Assembly (NCBI GenBank): GCA_964035575.1
Contig: OZ037841.1
Location: 992,001 to 1,056,000 of the forward strand
Direction of reading: 5' to 3'
Source of the DNA: Rhynchopus sp. YZ270_cl-10
Taxonomy: Eukaryota
DNA: 64,000 nucleotides
Shown here piece after piece: positions 9,613-20,693 of this stretch (the first letter of the stretch is position 1; every line of letters begins with the position of its first letter). A program made the translations under genes and the position numbers. The notes under the pieces are model-generated. The model had not been told where the DNA came from. It saw only the letters and a list, made by a program, of their open reading frames with translations, and did not search any database.

Positions 9613-11811
9613 ATGCCTGAAGGCTTTGCTGCAGAACGAATCTGTGGTGAGGATGCCCCTACTCCTGCTCCTGCTCCTGCGTCTCCCCAATGCGAGAGAT
9701 GGGACGAGAGTGGGGCCTGCGGGGGGTTGCGGTGCGAAAGGGGTCAGGGGTTTCTTGGTCGCCTTGCGAAGGTGCGGGCAGCGATGTCACGCCAGGAGGG
9801 GTTCAGAACCTTACCACTTCCACAACGGCGGACTGCAAGCGCCGTAGCACACCGACGGGAAGCATCTGGGAAGAAACACACCCCGCACACATGCAGCTTC
9901 TGCGACGCGGTGTGTTCTGCACAACAGAACATGGCGAACAACAACACCACCACCACCACCACGCGGCCACGCCGTACCAAACCCGACCCCCCTCCTCCGG
10001 CAGCACCCCCACCACTTCCACTCCGCACCCCAGTGTTGGCCGCACCCAAGCTAAACCGCTCCTGCCTCGCCAGTGGTACACTCCGTCTCAACGAAGCCTT
10101 GCTTGGCTGCGACTCTGCCATCCCAGAAGAGGGGGGAGGTGGTGGTGGTGGTGGGGTGTGCATCCTTTTTGACGACGTCCCTGCAGACGGAGCTGCCCCT
10201 TTGGGGCAAGCGTTGCTGGAGATTAGCAAGGTCGGGCAGGAACTCCGGCAGCGTGTTGGGTGTGGCGCCGCACCACCAGAACGTGCCCCGAGGCTGTCCT
10301 TTACAGAGAGACCACAGGAGGTCGTGGTGCGAGCGAAGCGGAAACGGGATCTTCCTAAGGTAGGGCAGCACCGTCTCCGCCCTGCAACCGCGCCGTTGGC
10401 AAAGAGAAATGTTGTGTCACCAAGATCAATTCCAGAACCTACCCCGACCACCCCTACACCCGAAGTGGTGGTCCCAGAGGTTGCACCTAAGTATGTGTTT
10501 GACACCACTGCGGTGCATCGAAGGCGTGTGACAGAGGCGACGGTGCGGGCACTGTCGCGATTCAACCGGCTTGCGCTTGCTGAGGAGCGAGGTCGGCAGA
10601 CACGCAAACGGAAGGAAGTAATCGAACAGGCGCTGCACGCAAAAATGTCGAACCTCAGCAAGCAAAGCGAGGACAAACTGCAAAGCTCCCGCGCAAACAA
10701 GGCACGCATCGCACAGTGCAACCGAAAGGCTCCGCAACAGAAACTCTGGTTTATCCTGGTTGCTCACGCAATCCCCTTGCGCCTATGGATCCACAGCGCA
10801 CGGCAACAAGGAGAAGAACGCAAGGTGCGACTCCGTGAAGAGAGGGCGATGGGGTGTATCAGAAGACACTTTCTCCACTTTCTCATAAAGCGGCGAGCGA
10901 AGCGGGCACGAGCCGAGCATACTATCACACAGTTTATCCGAATGTGGCGACTCCGCCGTATCCGCTTCTCCACAAAGAAGCATGCTCTGGTGATTCTCAG
11001 CTTTTTGTCCCACCAGAAGGAGATGGGGGTTGTGAAGCAGCGCGTCTCCATCTTCCTACGTGATGTCCGTCTTACGCAACGTGCGGTGCGGAAGTTCATC
11101 CTCCGGCGTCGTGCTCAGCTTGAAATGATGTGTCTACAGTTCGACACAGTGGAGCGTGCGATGGTCGCTGTCATCAGCAAATCCACCACCCTACACGACG
11201 TTACCTGGTTGCGAAAAGAAGTCCGGCAGACGGCGCTCCTCAAAAATATCCAACCCCCAGGAGAAACCGCCTTTGAGCTCGTCACAGACGCGGTCACACC
11301 GTTTCTTCACTCAGAGGGGACTCCAGAGTTGGAATCCAGCATGCTTCCTAAGGTAGAAAAGGTGAAGAAAAAGAAGGTGAAGGCGAAGGCGCGAGCGGAG
11401 CCCTCCCTAGACGATGCGTTCAAGAAGAAGTGTGAACAGTGCATTGAGGTGTTGGCGCGGTGTGGTGCGGAAAAGCTGCCGGAAGCACAACTGGCGGCAG
11501 TTGGAGAGATGACAGGGCTGATCATAAAGAAGCCGTACGTACGGTGGGAGTTGAAGCGTGCAACGCTGCGGAGGCTGGTCCGGCAGCGGTCTGCACAGTA
11601 CCAAGCACTCCTTACACAGTGGGCGCAGCAGCGTGCACAGCAAGAGCAGGAGTTCTGTCTCGCAAATGCACGCCGTCTGCTGGACGGCGACACCACACCC
11701 GCAACACATACTCCAGCACCACACTTCCCGATGTTCCTTGACCATTCTGATATGGAGGAAGTAGTCGCACAGACACGACGTTCTGCAGGCCTTCTTGTGC
11801 ATATGTCGTGA
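9613..11811 (+). CDS. Hypothetical basic coiled-coil protein with IQ-like motifs
   Basis: 732-aa ORF with IQ-like helices (TITQFIRMWRLRR, RLTQRAVRKFILRR). The true start may be the downstream ATG at 9931. Confidence 0.7.
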   Translation: MPEGFAAERICGEDAPTPAPAPASPQCERWDESGACGGLRCERGQGFLGRLAKVRAAMSRQEGFRTLPLPQRRTASAVAHRREASGKKHTPHTCSFCDAVCSAQQNMANNNTTTTTTRPRRTKPDPPPPAAPPPLPLRTPVLAAPKLNRSCLASGTLRLNEALLGCDSAIPEEGGGGGGGGVCILFDDVPADGAAPLGQALLEISKVGQELRQRVGCGAAPPERAPRLSFTERPQEVVVRAKRKRDLPKVGQHRLRPATAPLAKRNVVSPRSIPEPTPTTPTPEVVVPEVAPKYVFDTTAVHRRRVTEATVRALSRFNRLALAEERGRQTRKRKEVIEQALHAKMSNLSKQSEDKLQSSRANKARIAQCNRKAPQQKLWFILVAHAIPLRLWIHSARQQGEERKVRLREERAMGCIRRHFLHFLIKRRAKRARAEHTITQFIRMWRLRRIRFSTKKHALVILSFLSHQKEMGVVKQRVSIFLRDVRLTQRAVRKFILRRRAQLEMMCLQFDTVERAMVAVISKSTTLHDVTWLRKEVRQTALLKNIQPPGETAFELVTDAVTPFLHSEGTPELESSMLPKVEKVKKKKVKAKARAEPSLDDAFKKKCEQCIEVLARCGAEKLPEAQLAAVGEMTGLIIKKPYVRWELKRATLRRLVRQRSAQYQALLTQWAQQRAQQEQEFCLANARRLLDGDTTPATHTPAPHFPMFLDHSDMEEVVAQTRRSAGLLVHMS

Positions 11812-12677
11812 AGGAGGAGAGGGTAAGGGGGGCGGTGGAGAGGAAGATGGTATCTCGTAAGGGAATGTGGATTTGGATTCAGCTAGTCATGTGCGAAGAG
11901 ATAAAAAAGCCCATCGTTGGTTTCAGCGCGATACCGATAGTGGGTAAAGATGTGGGTCACATGTGTTATGTTTGGTTTTAGGAGAAAAAATTGAGAACCT
12001 CTTTTTTACAAAAAAGGTTTTTTAGTTTTTTCATGTGGAGGCAGGGGCAGCTGTAAATCTGGGGTGTCCCGGGGCGCGGATCTGGGGCCCGGGACCCGGG
12101 ATTACAGCTTCCGGAGAGGGAGGGGGGACGGGTGGTGGGACTGTTTAGAGGTAAAATAAGTTTATCAAAAAAAAATTTTGGTGACTAAGCACGAGAGGCT
12201 TAGGTTCATCGTATAAACTTTTCTCCTTCCTTTTTTCCGCGGAGTGTCAGTGCCTGAGTCCTAGAGGCGTTTGCACTATCAACTTCACCTTTTTTTTGCA
12301 AAAAAAAAAAATAAAGAAAAAAAACAGCCGAGAGGCTGGTGTGTTCCGTTCTGTATCTCGCCTTCGCCCTTTTGGGATGATATCTTTTGTGTGCACAGAA
12401 CCTACCTAGGTTAAAGGTCCCTGATAAATTGTTAGGTGACTCACCAACCACACAGAGCCCTATAAGTTTCCCCTTTCCCCCCCCTCGATTTTTTTAAATC
12501 GCTTCTAACCCACCCACTATTTATATTTGTGCCCAAAGTTCAAACAAAAAAAACCACGACACTCTTGTTCTCCTTCCCTCCCTCCCTCTCTCTCCTCCTA
12601 CGCTACCGTACTCCTTTTGCCACGCTCCCCTCCAAGAGCACTTTTCAAGGGTGTTTAAATGACCAAAGCATTTATCA

Positions 12678-12815
12678 CACGACAGACTAGTCAGGGGCAC
12701 TATGTGCTTCTCGTCCAAATAACTAGTGTTTTACAACTAGTGTTACACCAGTCGTTTAGTACTAGTCGTTACGACTAGTAGTTCTACTAGTAGTCCCCCT
12801 GAATAACCCGCCGTG
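12678..12815. mobile_element. MITE, CACGAC family (ACTAGT-rich), 2-bp TSD CA
   Basis: Imperfect TIR cacgacagactagtcagggg / cccctgaataacccgccgtg, flanked by CA on both sides. Confidence 0.7.
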
Positions 12816-12929
12816 CACCCCACCCCACCTCCCCCACAAACAGAGAGAACCAACCATTCCCCCCACCTTTTTAAACACCCCTCCCATTTAGTCTCTAACA
12901 CAACGTGAGGCGTTGGTTCCCTTATTTAA

Positions 12930-14270
12930 ATGCCATCCCTTCTCCGTGATGGGGTGCGCCATTTGCATCATGTTGCCTCGCGAACCTGGTCTGGCGACAG
13001 CACCGAACGCCAGGTTCTTGTCAGCCTTGCTGAGCTTGTAGGTCGGGAGGACGAGGCTGCGCAGTATCTTGGGACAGGCGAGGACTTCTGGTCTGATCGG
13101 AGCACCCGCGAAGTGCATGAAGCGTTGAAACGGCTTCCCCTGAGTCTTGTCGAAGGGAGGTGGGCGGACGCACTGCGTGAGGTGGTCACCGTCCGCGCAC
13201 TTCACCTCATCCGCCTCGCTGCATGCCTCTCTAAAAGCTCTCAGGTCCCCTCCTTCCCTGAGCACCCTGTTCCAGTTGACCTTATTGCCACCCCTACACA
13301 AAACCACGGCCTCCCCGTCAGCGTCGAGGTCTTCATGGACAACACGACCCCCTGGGCGGAGTTTGCACTCTGCATCGAGATTGAGTCTGGGTGCACGATC
13401 ACACTGCTGCATGCTGGGGTGCGACTCTCTTCGGGGGTAGTTTCGACGCATCCTTTATTAACGCAAGACACGAAACGCAACACGGTGCGGGTCGAATGCC
13501 CGGAGAAGGTACACACATTAATTTCCGGCAGAGTACGGGATACAGGGAGGACGACGTTAAGCATTGCGGGGAGAAGCATAAAAAAGTACGACCCGCAGAA
13601 GGGGAGCGGCAGGGAGCTGCTACGGACCTATATTAGCCACGCACTCAAGGTGGCAGAGTCCGAGGTGATGGTCGAACACGGCGGGTCACGACGTGCTGTG
13701 GTGACATTCCCTACCTCCCATGAAGCTGATGGGTTGCAGGCGGCCCTCCTCCACCATCGCACTGAAGTGTGGGACGCACGCTCCACCTCTGCCCCAGAGG
13801 AAGCTGACATACGCATAGAATTTCCAAACCGTCCAGGAATAAATCTCGCCCTCTCGGGCCGATCCGGGGCCTCATTGGAAGTGTCAGAAGAGGTGGTCCG
13901 CCAAAGAATCTCTCGGGTGTTAACAAAAGGTGTCGACGAAGGGGGTTGGCAAGCAGAAGTTGTTGCCGCAGTCATGGAGCAAGGGATTAAATCGAGGTTC
14001 TGCGATGAGTTGTTGTGGTGTGCCGCGGCAGGGTGTGTGGATGTGGACGATGAAAACGAGAGGGCGAGTCTGGCTGAATCATGTGCTCGGGAGTGCTATG
14101 TGCCCAACACTGCCCCGCGCTCGCCAATGCCACACAAAAGGCACCATCTGCACGACCCGACACCACAGCATCCGATGCGTGCCGCAGCGCTAGCCTTGAA
14201 CGCAGCAATCCTCAGGGCGATACCGCTTGTTGACCCCGTCACGGCAGCGCATTTGGGGGCCTCAGTGTAG
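12930..14270 (+). CDS. Hypothetical protein
   Basis: 446-aa ORF in the gene-cluster orientation with coding-like composition. No family recognised. Confidence 0.7.
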   Translation: MPSLLRDGVRHLHHVASRTWSGDSTERQVLVSLAELVGREDEAAQYLGTGEDFWSDRSTREVHEALKRLPLSLVEGRWADALREVVTVRALHLIRLAACLSKSSQVPSFPEHPVPVDLIATPTQNHGLPVSVEVFMDNTTPWAEFALCIEIESGCTITLLHAGVRLSSGVVSTHPLLTQDTKRNTVRVECPEKVHTLISGRVRDTGRTTLSIAGRSIKKYDPQKGSGRELLRTYISHALKVAESEVMVEHGGSRRAVVTFPTSHEADGLQAALLHHRTEVWDARSTSAPEEADIRIEFPNRPGINLALSGRSGASLEVSEEVVRQRISRVLTKGVDEGGWQAEVVAAVMEQGIKSRFCDELLWCAAAGCVDVDDENERASLAESCARECYVPNTAPRSPMPHKRHHLHDPTPQHPMRAAALALNAAILRAIPLVDPVTAAHLGASV

Positions 14271-14733
14271 GGGGAAGCTTTTTTAGATTTAGAGTAGTTT
14301 TTCTTAGAGTGGGTGTGGGTTAGGGCTTCTTCTAGTGTGCCTGCGTCGCGCCGATGAACGGTAAGGCGTTTTTGCGACTTTTCAACTCTGTTTAGGTGAC
14401 TTAAGCAAATGAGAAGCTTGGGTTCACCTTTCCAACCTTTTCTTTTGTTTCTCATTACCTCTCAATGACACATTTGCCATTAGTTTTCGTGTAGAACCGC
14501 ATGGTTGGGGCAGTGCAACGGTCATACCACAAGGTACACTGTTTTCATGAGAGTGGCTTGTCTTTCATTTTTCTTTTTTCCCTTAGTATTTGACAATTTT
14601 TCGCTGGCTCCTTATTTTTCTCTTTTTCATCACGCCCCCTTTCCCCCTGCCTTTCCTCCCCCCATCACCCCAAAAGGATCAGGAGGACCGAGAACTGAAT
14701 CGGAGAGGGGGGGGAAGAGTGTTCAGGACAACA

Positions 14734-15390
14734 ATGTACAAAGGCATGCAGAACAACGCCGCAGCACACGTGGTGCGTTTCCGTGAGCCAGGGAGGGATG
14801 CGCAGCACGGTGGCGACATTGTGTTGTTTGCTCGCAACCACGGGACCTGCGAGTATACCAAGGACGGGGAGAAGAGGCCCCCCTTTTCGCTTGCAGAGTA
14901 CAACACCAGGGTGCCCGAGCATCTCTATCTACCTGGTATCGAGAAGGCAATCAATGTGCCCATGAAGCCTGAGTACGCGGAGACGCTAGAGGAAATCCGA
15001 ATTCTCTTTGATGCATGTGGCGTGCAGCACAACCTCGATGTGGAGCTTAGGAAGTGGAGACCCACGCAGCAGCAGCAGCAGCATCAGCAACATCACTTCC
15101 CTCATCAGCAGCAATACCAGCACCACCAGCACCAGCACCAACACCACCACCGCCAACAGCAGAGCTTCCGTCAGCAGCAGAAACACCCTCAGCAGTACGG
15201 GTATCAAAACCAGGGCGGGCAGGGGCAGGGACACGGCTTCAGCAACCAGATGGGGCAGCAGCAACAGCAACGGATGCAGCAACAGCAGGGGGCACAGCGC
15301 CAGCAGCAACAGCAGCTAGGTGGCAACGGAGGATACCGTCAGACGTTCTCCACAGTGGGTTCTGAGTATTCTCAGAAGGGCTTTGGGCAG

Positions 15391-15424
<34 letters not shown>

Positions 15425-16158
15425 CACAATCCAGCATGGCACAGTTTGCGGCTGAGTACAAACACGCTCCGCAGATGCAACAACAACAGCAGCAACAACA
15501 GCACCAACAGCAACAACAGCAGGTCCATTCCCACCAGCAGCAACAACGTCACGCACAACCCCGCGCCCCCCCGCAGCACAAAGCCCTTGAGCAGTTTTTC
15601 CACCACAACAACACGGAAAGCAATGTCGCTCGGAGTGACCCCTTCTCGAACCAGGTCGAGACCCAGGCCGACAGCTGGCATAACTACGAGGCCACCCAAC
15701 AGCAGCAGCAGCAGCCGCAGCAACACCAGGATCCGCACCAGAAGTCTGTCCAGCACAGCCGTGTGGCGCAACTCTTTGGCGATGCGGCTACACCACAGCC
15801 GCCACCCACGCAGACACAGACGCCATTCCTCCAGCAGGGGGCAAAGTTTGCGAACACATCCACCCCACCACGGCTAGAGGAACAACCGCGTCTGCACCCC
15901 GTAGGGTACTCAGGGCCTGAGGAGGAGACCGCGGTTCCCACTGCGGTTGGGGCACCAAGCAGCCCCGGTACGCTGAGGCAAGTGGGGGGTCGTGAAGGAG
16001 GTGCGACTGTCCCCGCCCCCGTCCCGGCAGCAGCAGTGGTGCGTCCACCGTCGCCACCACCCCCATCGATCTTGCCCGACTTCCAGCTTGTCATTCCTGA
16101 AGAAGCCGCACTGATGGATCTTGTGGAGACGAGAGTCAGGAGAAATCTCCCGAGATGA
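14734..16158 (+). CDS. Gln/His-rich low-complexity protein with a small globular N-terminal domain
   Basis: First ATG at 14734. An ~90-aa domain is followed by polyQ/H tracts and a Pro-rich tail. Confidence 0.8.
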
Positions 16159-16559
16159 GGGGTAAGGGTAGGGGGGTGGGGGAGAGTTGAGGATTTAAAA
16201 AAAGAATGTGTAGGTGGGGGTGAAAGTAGGTGTGTTGTGTGTGGGAGGGGCGTTTGACATACGGAGTAAATGTGGGGGGGAGAAACGAATTAAATAAGAT
16301 AGTGCCCTGTATTTTTTAAAATGAACTAACGTATTTTATGGCAATGAATAAAAATATAAGGAATTCCTGTGCAGTACAAAAAAAAAACAGGCTTCAGACG
16401 GAACAATTGGGTACAAGATACGCGGGACAGCTTTTTATTAAGATTCCGCTGAGGGGGATGGTTTTTTTTGGGTCCACCCTACGCAGTCATGTACCAAAGG
16501 TACACTGTTCACGAGAGGGCTTTGTGTTTCAAGCCAACTTTTTTTTGTTGTTGTGTGCG

Positions 16560-16685
16560 CACGATGGCCTTGTTACCATGATAATGCAAGGTAGCTTTTT
16601 TCTTTGTTACTTTTTGTAACTTTGTTACGTATCAGGCTCGAGTTTGTTACAATTTTGTTGCTACCAAGGTAACAAGACCATCGTG
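16560..16685. mobile_element. MITE with CACG termini
   Basis: TIR cacgatggccttgttacc / ggtaacaagaccatcgtg. Flanks CG/TG could be a decayed 2-bp TSD. Confidence 0.7.
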
Positions 16686-16792
16686 TGAGTCAGCCCCCCC
16701 TCCCTCTTGGAGACAGGAATAAGTCAATGCTCCTTCAATTTAAAAAAAAAAATACAAGAACAAAAAAGCAAAGCCTTCTTTTTTGTCATTCA

Positions 16793-16877
16793 CCACCTGA
16801 TTTTGCCTGGAGTTTGGGGGGGTTTAAATACCACCAAACTCCAAAAACTCCCCCAAATTTCAGGCAAAATCAGGTGT
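16793..16877. mobile_element. MITE, CCACCTGATTTTG family (also at 23085..23171 and 40007..40105)
   Basis: TIR cacctgattttgcctg / caggcaaaatcaggtg. The 40007 copy is flanked by a TACAC 5-bp direct repeat. Confidence 0.7.
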
Positions 16878-16952
16878 ATTAATTTCCAGTTTTAGACACC
16901 TCAAAAGCCCCCACACCACCAGAAACAACACACACACCAAAGAAAAACAAAA

Positions 16953-18035
16953 ATGCTCCACGTCACCATTGCCTCAGATGCCCCTATTGCAGTACCCCTT
17001 CTTGACACGACACGGAGCCTTGCTGATTTGAAACAACGTGTTGCGGATGTGTGTGTAGGTGTGGTAGAAGGGTTGTTCGATGTTGTCACACATGGCACGG
17101 TGCTGGACAGCGACGATGCTGTGGCTATGCTGCAATATGGGGAGGAGGTGGAGCTCATTCCAAATGAGCGTGCGCTTGCTTTACAGAGTCTTTCTGCACA
17201 ACACATTGAGGTTTGCAATGAAGCGGTCCACGACGCGATACAAGATGACAATGCTGAGGTCCTGACACTTCTTCTCTCCGCCGATTCCTCTTTGATAGAC
17301 TGCTTTGACGGTTATGCCACCCCTTTGCAACGAGCCTGCAAGGTTCCAGCACCGAACGCGGTTTCAGTACTTCTCAACCACACGGAGGCGGCGAATTCTT
17401 TGTTTCACTGCATCGAAACATCATGCGCGGAATTGCTATTATCTGCAGGGGCCTCCCCTAATGAGAACACCGCAGTACTCCACAACGCAATCCTAAACGG
17501 AAGCACAGCACTCTGCAACCTTCTCCTTTCAAAGGGAGCGGATGTCCATTCGAGTCGCTTAGGGGAAAGCCCGATACTTCTTGCAGCAAGGTTGCACCGT
17601 CACGATGTGGTGTCACTTCTACTCCACTATGGCGCTGATCTGATAACACCAGAGGTGTATCTGAAAGACCCTGCATTGTGCAGAGTATTGCTTAGGGCGG
17701 GGAGCTTGGTCCCAGGAGAGATAGAGGATACGTCTGTAAACAAAGCGTGGGGGGCAGTGTTGATGGGGGCAGTGGAAAAGGGGTCGGAGGAGGTAGTGGA
17801 TATAGTGCTTGAGGGTGCTGGTGGGGCGGTGGACTGCAGGGATGCAGACGGTATGACTCCCCTGATGCATGCTGTGCTGCGTGGTGACGTAGGTGTGGTG
17901 CGTGCGCTGTTAGCAGCTGGTGCGGATGTGGGGGTGCGTGACGCAGCAGGACTCACGGCGCTGTCGCTTGCGGAAGAGGTGCTGGAGGACCGTGTGCTAG
18001 CAAGGGTTCTCAGGGCGCAGGTCAGCGGGCCCTGA
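16953..18035 (+). CDS. Ankyrin-repeat protein with a possible N-terminal ubiquitin-like domain
   Basis: Ankyrin repeats such as GMTPLMHAVLRGDVGVVRALLAAGAD and GESPILLAARLHRHDVVSLLLHYGAD. The N-terminal ~70 aa has a UBL-like pattern. Confidence 0.85.
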   Translation: MLHVTIASDAPIAVPLLDTTRSLADLKQRVADVCVGVVEGLFDVVTHGTVLDSDDAVAMLQYGEEVELIPNERALALQSLSAQHIEVCNEAVHDAIQDDNAEVLTLLLSADSSLIDCFDGYATPLQRACKVPAPNAVSVLLNHTEAANSLFHCIETSCAELLLSAGASPNENTAVLHNAILNGSTALCNLLLSKGADVHSSRLGESPILLAARLHRHDVVSLLLHYGADLITPEVYLKDPALCRVLLRAGSLVPGEIEDTSVNKAWGAVLMGAVEKGSEEVVDIVLEGAGGAVDCRDADGMTPLMHAVLRGDVGVVRALLAAGADVGVRDAAGLTALSLAEEVLEDRVLARVLRAQVSGP

Positions 18036-18336
18036 TGGGGAGAGGGAAGAGGGAGAGAGAGAGAGACCAGAGGGGCTCTGTTTTGCAGGATTGTAGGTCT
18101 TTGTCTGATGGGTTTGCTTTTATTTGACGGTTTTTTCTTAATTATGGGTAAGTAAACGTTTACACGTCGTTTTTCCCTTCCGGAACGGTTAAAAAAAGGA
18201 AAAAGGGGTAGGAGAGTGTCTTAATAGTTAGCAATAATATTTGGTCTTTTTTCGAAAGAAAAAAAATGTTTGCTGGAATGTCCTGAGGTTATTGGGTTGC
18301 GTAAAATTTTGCTAAACACCCCCCTTGACCCCCCAC

Positions 18337-18959
18337 CAGGCATGAGAATAAGGTTAGGGGGGTGCGGGTCCGGGGTCCGGGGTCCGGGCTATTCTCACAA
18401 GGGGTGGGGTGGGGGTGAGGGGGTCTCGGTTTTTTGGAGTGCTGAACGACACGTTGGGTGTGGGGTGGGGTGAGGGGATCTCTAAGCTGACTCTAATCTA
18501 TGTAAAGATTCACAAATGGGGCTTTCTCGGGACCCCCTCTTGACAGCGGGGGTGCCGGACAGGCTGTCATGTACAGCTGCCTGGGGTGATGACATAGTAA
18601 AATTTCTGTTGTGGATGTGTTGGTGCTGGGAATGGGTGGGGGTGTCGGGGTTTAACAGGGTGCCGGACAGGGTGCCGGGCGAGGTGCCGGGCAGGGTGCC
18701 GGGCAAGGTGCCGGGCAAGGTGCCGGGCAAGGTGCCGGGCAAGGTGCCGGGCAAGGTGCCGGGCAAGGTGCCGGGCAAGGTGCCGGGCAGAGTGCAAAAT
18801 GAAAATACCAAAAAACACCGGCATTTGCATTTTCGGAATCCGTGCGGCCAGTGGTGGGGTCACTTTTCCAAAATGGACAAGTTCTTAGAGGGTAGGGGGG
18901 TGTGGGGTTCCGGGGGGCCGGGTCCGGGGTCCGGGGTCCGGGCCTTATTCTCATGCCTG
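18337..18959. mobile_element. Non-autonomous hAT-like element, 8-bp TSD CCCCCCAC
   Basis: 17-bp TIR caggcatgagaataagg / ccttattctcatgcctg with an identical 8-bp flank on both sides. Confidence 0.85.
18656..18789. repeat. 12-bp minisatellite (CAAGGTGCCGGG)n, about 11 units, inside the hAT-like element
   Basis: Direct inspection. Confidence 0.9.
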
Positions 18960-19178
18960 CCCCCCACCCCCAATACCACGTCCACCCACAAACAACAGAA
19001 ACAAATACACAAATACCCAAAACCCCTTTATCCAATCTATTATCGTTCTGACTCCCACACATATACACCCCCTTATTTCCCTTTTCTCAAAATACCCATT
19101 CCCTCTTTTCTTGTATTCTTCTTCTGAATCGACCGAAAAAAAGCAAAAACAAAAAAAAAAAAACATACCAATTCCACA

Positions 19179-19544
19179 ATGCGTGGGGTAGTGCTTGCTG
19201 TTGTAGTGTTGGTTGTGATGTGTGAGGTAGGGGCGGATACAGCACATGCCCCCAGGGCCGACCCGCATTTCTACTCAGAGAACGGCAGCGTGGCCAAGGA
19301 GGGCGACAGCAGTGTCTACGAGAAGCGTATCGTCTCCCCCGGTACACCACGCGCCACGACCGCTGCGGGACCCGGGGGGGATGGAACCGAGGCTCGCTAT
19401 GTCCGGGAGGAGGCTGCGGAAGAGATGGAGGAGGAGGAGGAGGAGGACTACGAAGATGAAATCCAGCACCCCATAGTGCTTGCCTGCTATGGGTGCATTC
19501 TGGCAGGGTGTCTTCATGCGGCGCTCAGTGCAGTGTCGCAGTGA
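19179..19544 (+). CDS. Small secreted or membrane-anchored acidic protein
   Basis: Signal peptide, Glu-rich stretch and hydrophobic C-terminus. A GC-rich island preceded by a pyrimidine tract. Confidence 0.6.
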   Translation: MRGVVLAVVVLVVMCEVGADTAHAPRADPHFYSENGSVAKEGDSSVYEKRIVSPGTPRATTAAGPGGDGTEARYVREEAAEEMEEEEEEDYEDEIQHPIVLACYGCILAGCLHAALSAVSQ

Positions 19545-20577
19545 AAAAGAAAAGAAAAGAAGAGAAAAGGTGAATGACAACACCTCCCTCCAGGACCGTG
19601 TATTGCTTCCTATGGTAAAACAGTGTTTTGTGGAAGGTTTTGAATGGTTGATATGAAGAAAAAGGAAATGAATAGTGTAAACTCATCTTCAAGGTGTTTT
19701 GCGCTGAGACAAGAAGTTTTAAAAAAGTTTTTCAAAAATAATAAAAAAGGATCCCAATTCACAGAAGGATTTTTTTTTGTTTTGTTTTTGAAGAAAGCTA
19801 TCGGTCTTGAGGGTAACTCATGTGGTGGTTGTTAGCCAGGAACCTATTAGGGGAGGTGTTTTGTTTGTTGAGTGATGTGTGTGCATGAGAAGTACATTCA
19901 TCTTTTGCGGGGTTTCTTTGTTCGAAGCATCTGTTAGTTGGCTTCTTTTTTTTTTTAAATAATATTGTTGGTGCGGTCATCAACGCAGTTCCCCAGGGGG
20001 GTTCTCCCGTGGTTCATCCACAGGATTTCTTGTGAACCGTTGGCTACACCATATCTATGTCAATCATCTTGGCAAAGGAGGAAATATAATCGAAAAGTGT
20101 GTGGCAAAAATTGTTTTTTTCATACAGTTTTTGTTCACATACATACACACCCGCTCATACAGCGAAAGCATACACTAACATTTGCGGAGTGATAAAACGA
20201 AAAAAAAAAAGTTGTCTTTTCCCCTCTTTTTTAACCTTTCTTCTTTTCTACGCTTATGCAACGTATTGCGTGCGATATCATTTGGTGAGGTAACTTAATA
20301 CGAGAGGCTTAAGTTCATCTTACACATTTTTTTTTTCTATATTTCTAGGTTGTAGTGCTTGCAGCAATATGGAGGCGTTGGGTTTTAGCGTTCCCCATTT
20401 TTTTTGTGAGGCGTTTGCACTTTCAACTTCTCTTTTGTGTACGAGAGGGCACATTTATATCTTGGCGTTATTATCTCTCTCTCTCTCTCTCCCTCTTTCG
20501 TTTCGTTTTGTTTTGGGGTAATTCCTTTTCAGTGCGAAGTGCCCAATGTGTTTGATTGTGTGTTTAAAAGCAGATGA

Positions 20578-20693
20578 CTTAAGGTGCCCGAGTGGTCGCT
20601 CATCAGATCCCACAAAGGGTGTAGGTTCATCTAGACAGCAGGACGGTGGCCATGGAAGTCGGCATCCGATAATGAGTGTGTAACAACTCACCT
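20578..20693 (+). pseudogene. Isolated 28S (LSU) rRNA fragment, GTPase-associated-centre region
   Basis: 'taaggtgcc...gctcatcagatcccacaaagggtgtaggttcatctagacagcaggacggtggccatggaagtcggcatccgataatgagtgtgtaacaactcacct' matches the conserved eukaryotic LSU sequence as I recall it. No flanking rDNA. Confidence 0.85.

Noticed and set aside
18482..19127. ORFs with PGKV/PGTL/APCP/ARHL repeats
   Set aside because: Translations of a 12-bp minisatellite inside a non-autonomous transposon.
20578..20693. Functional rRNA module of a fragmented LSU
   Set aside because: Isolated, with no neighbouring rDNA and apparent substitutions in conserved positions (ccgataatgag vs ccgctaaggag). Treated as a pseudogene fragment.
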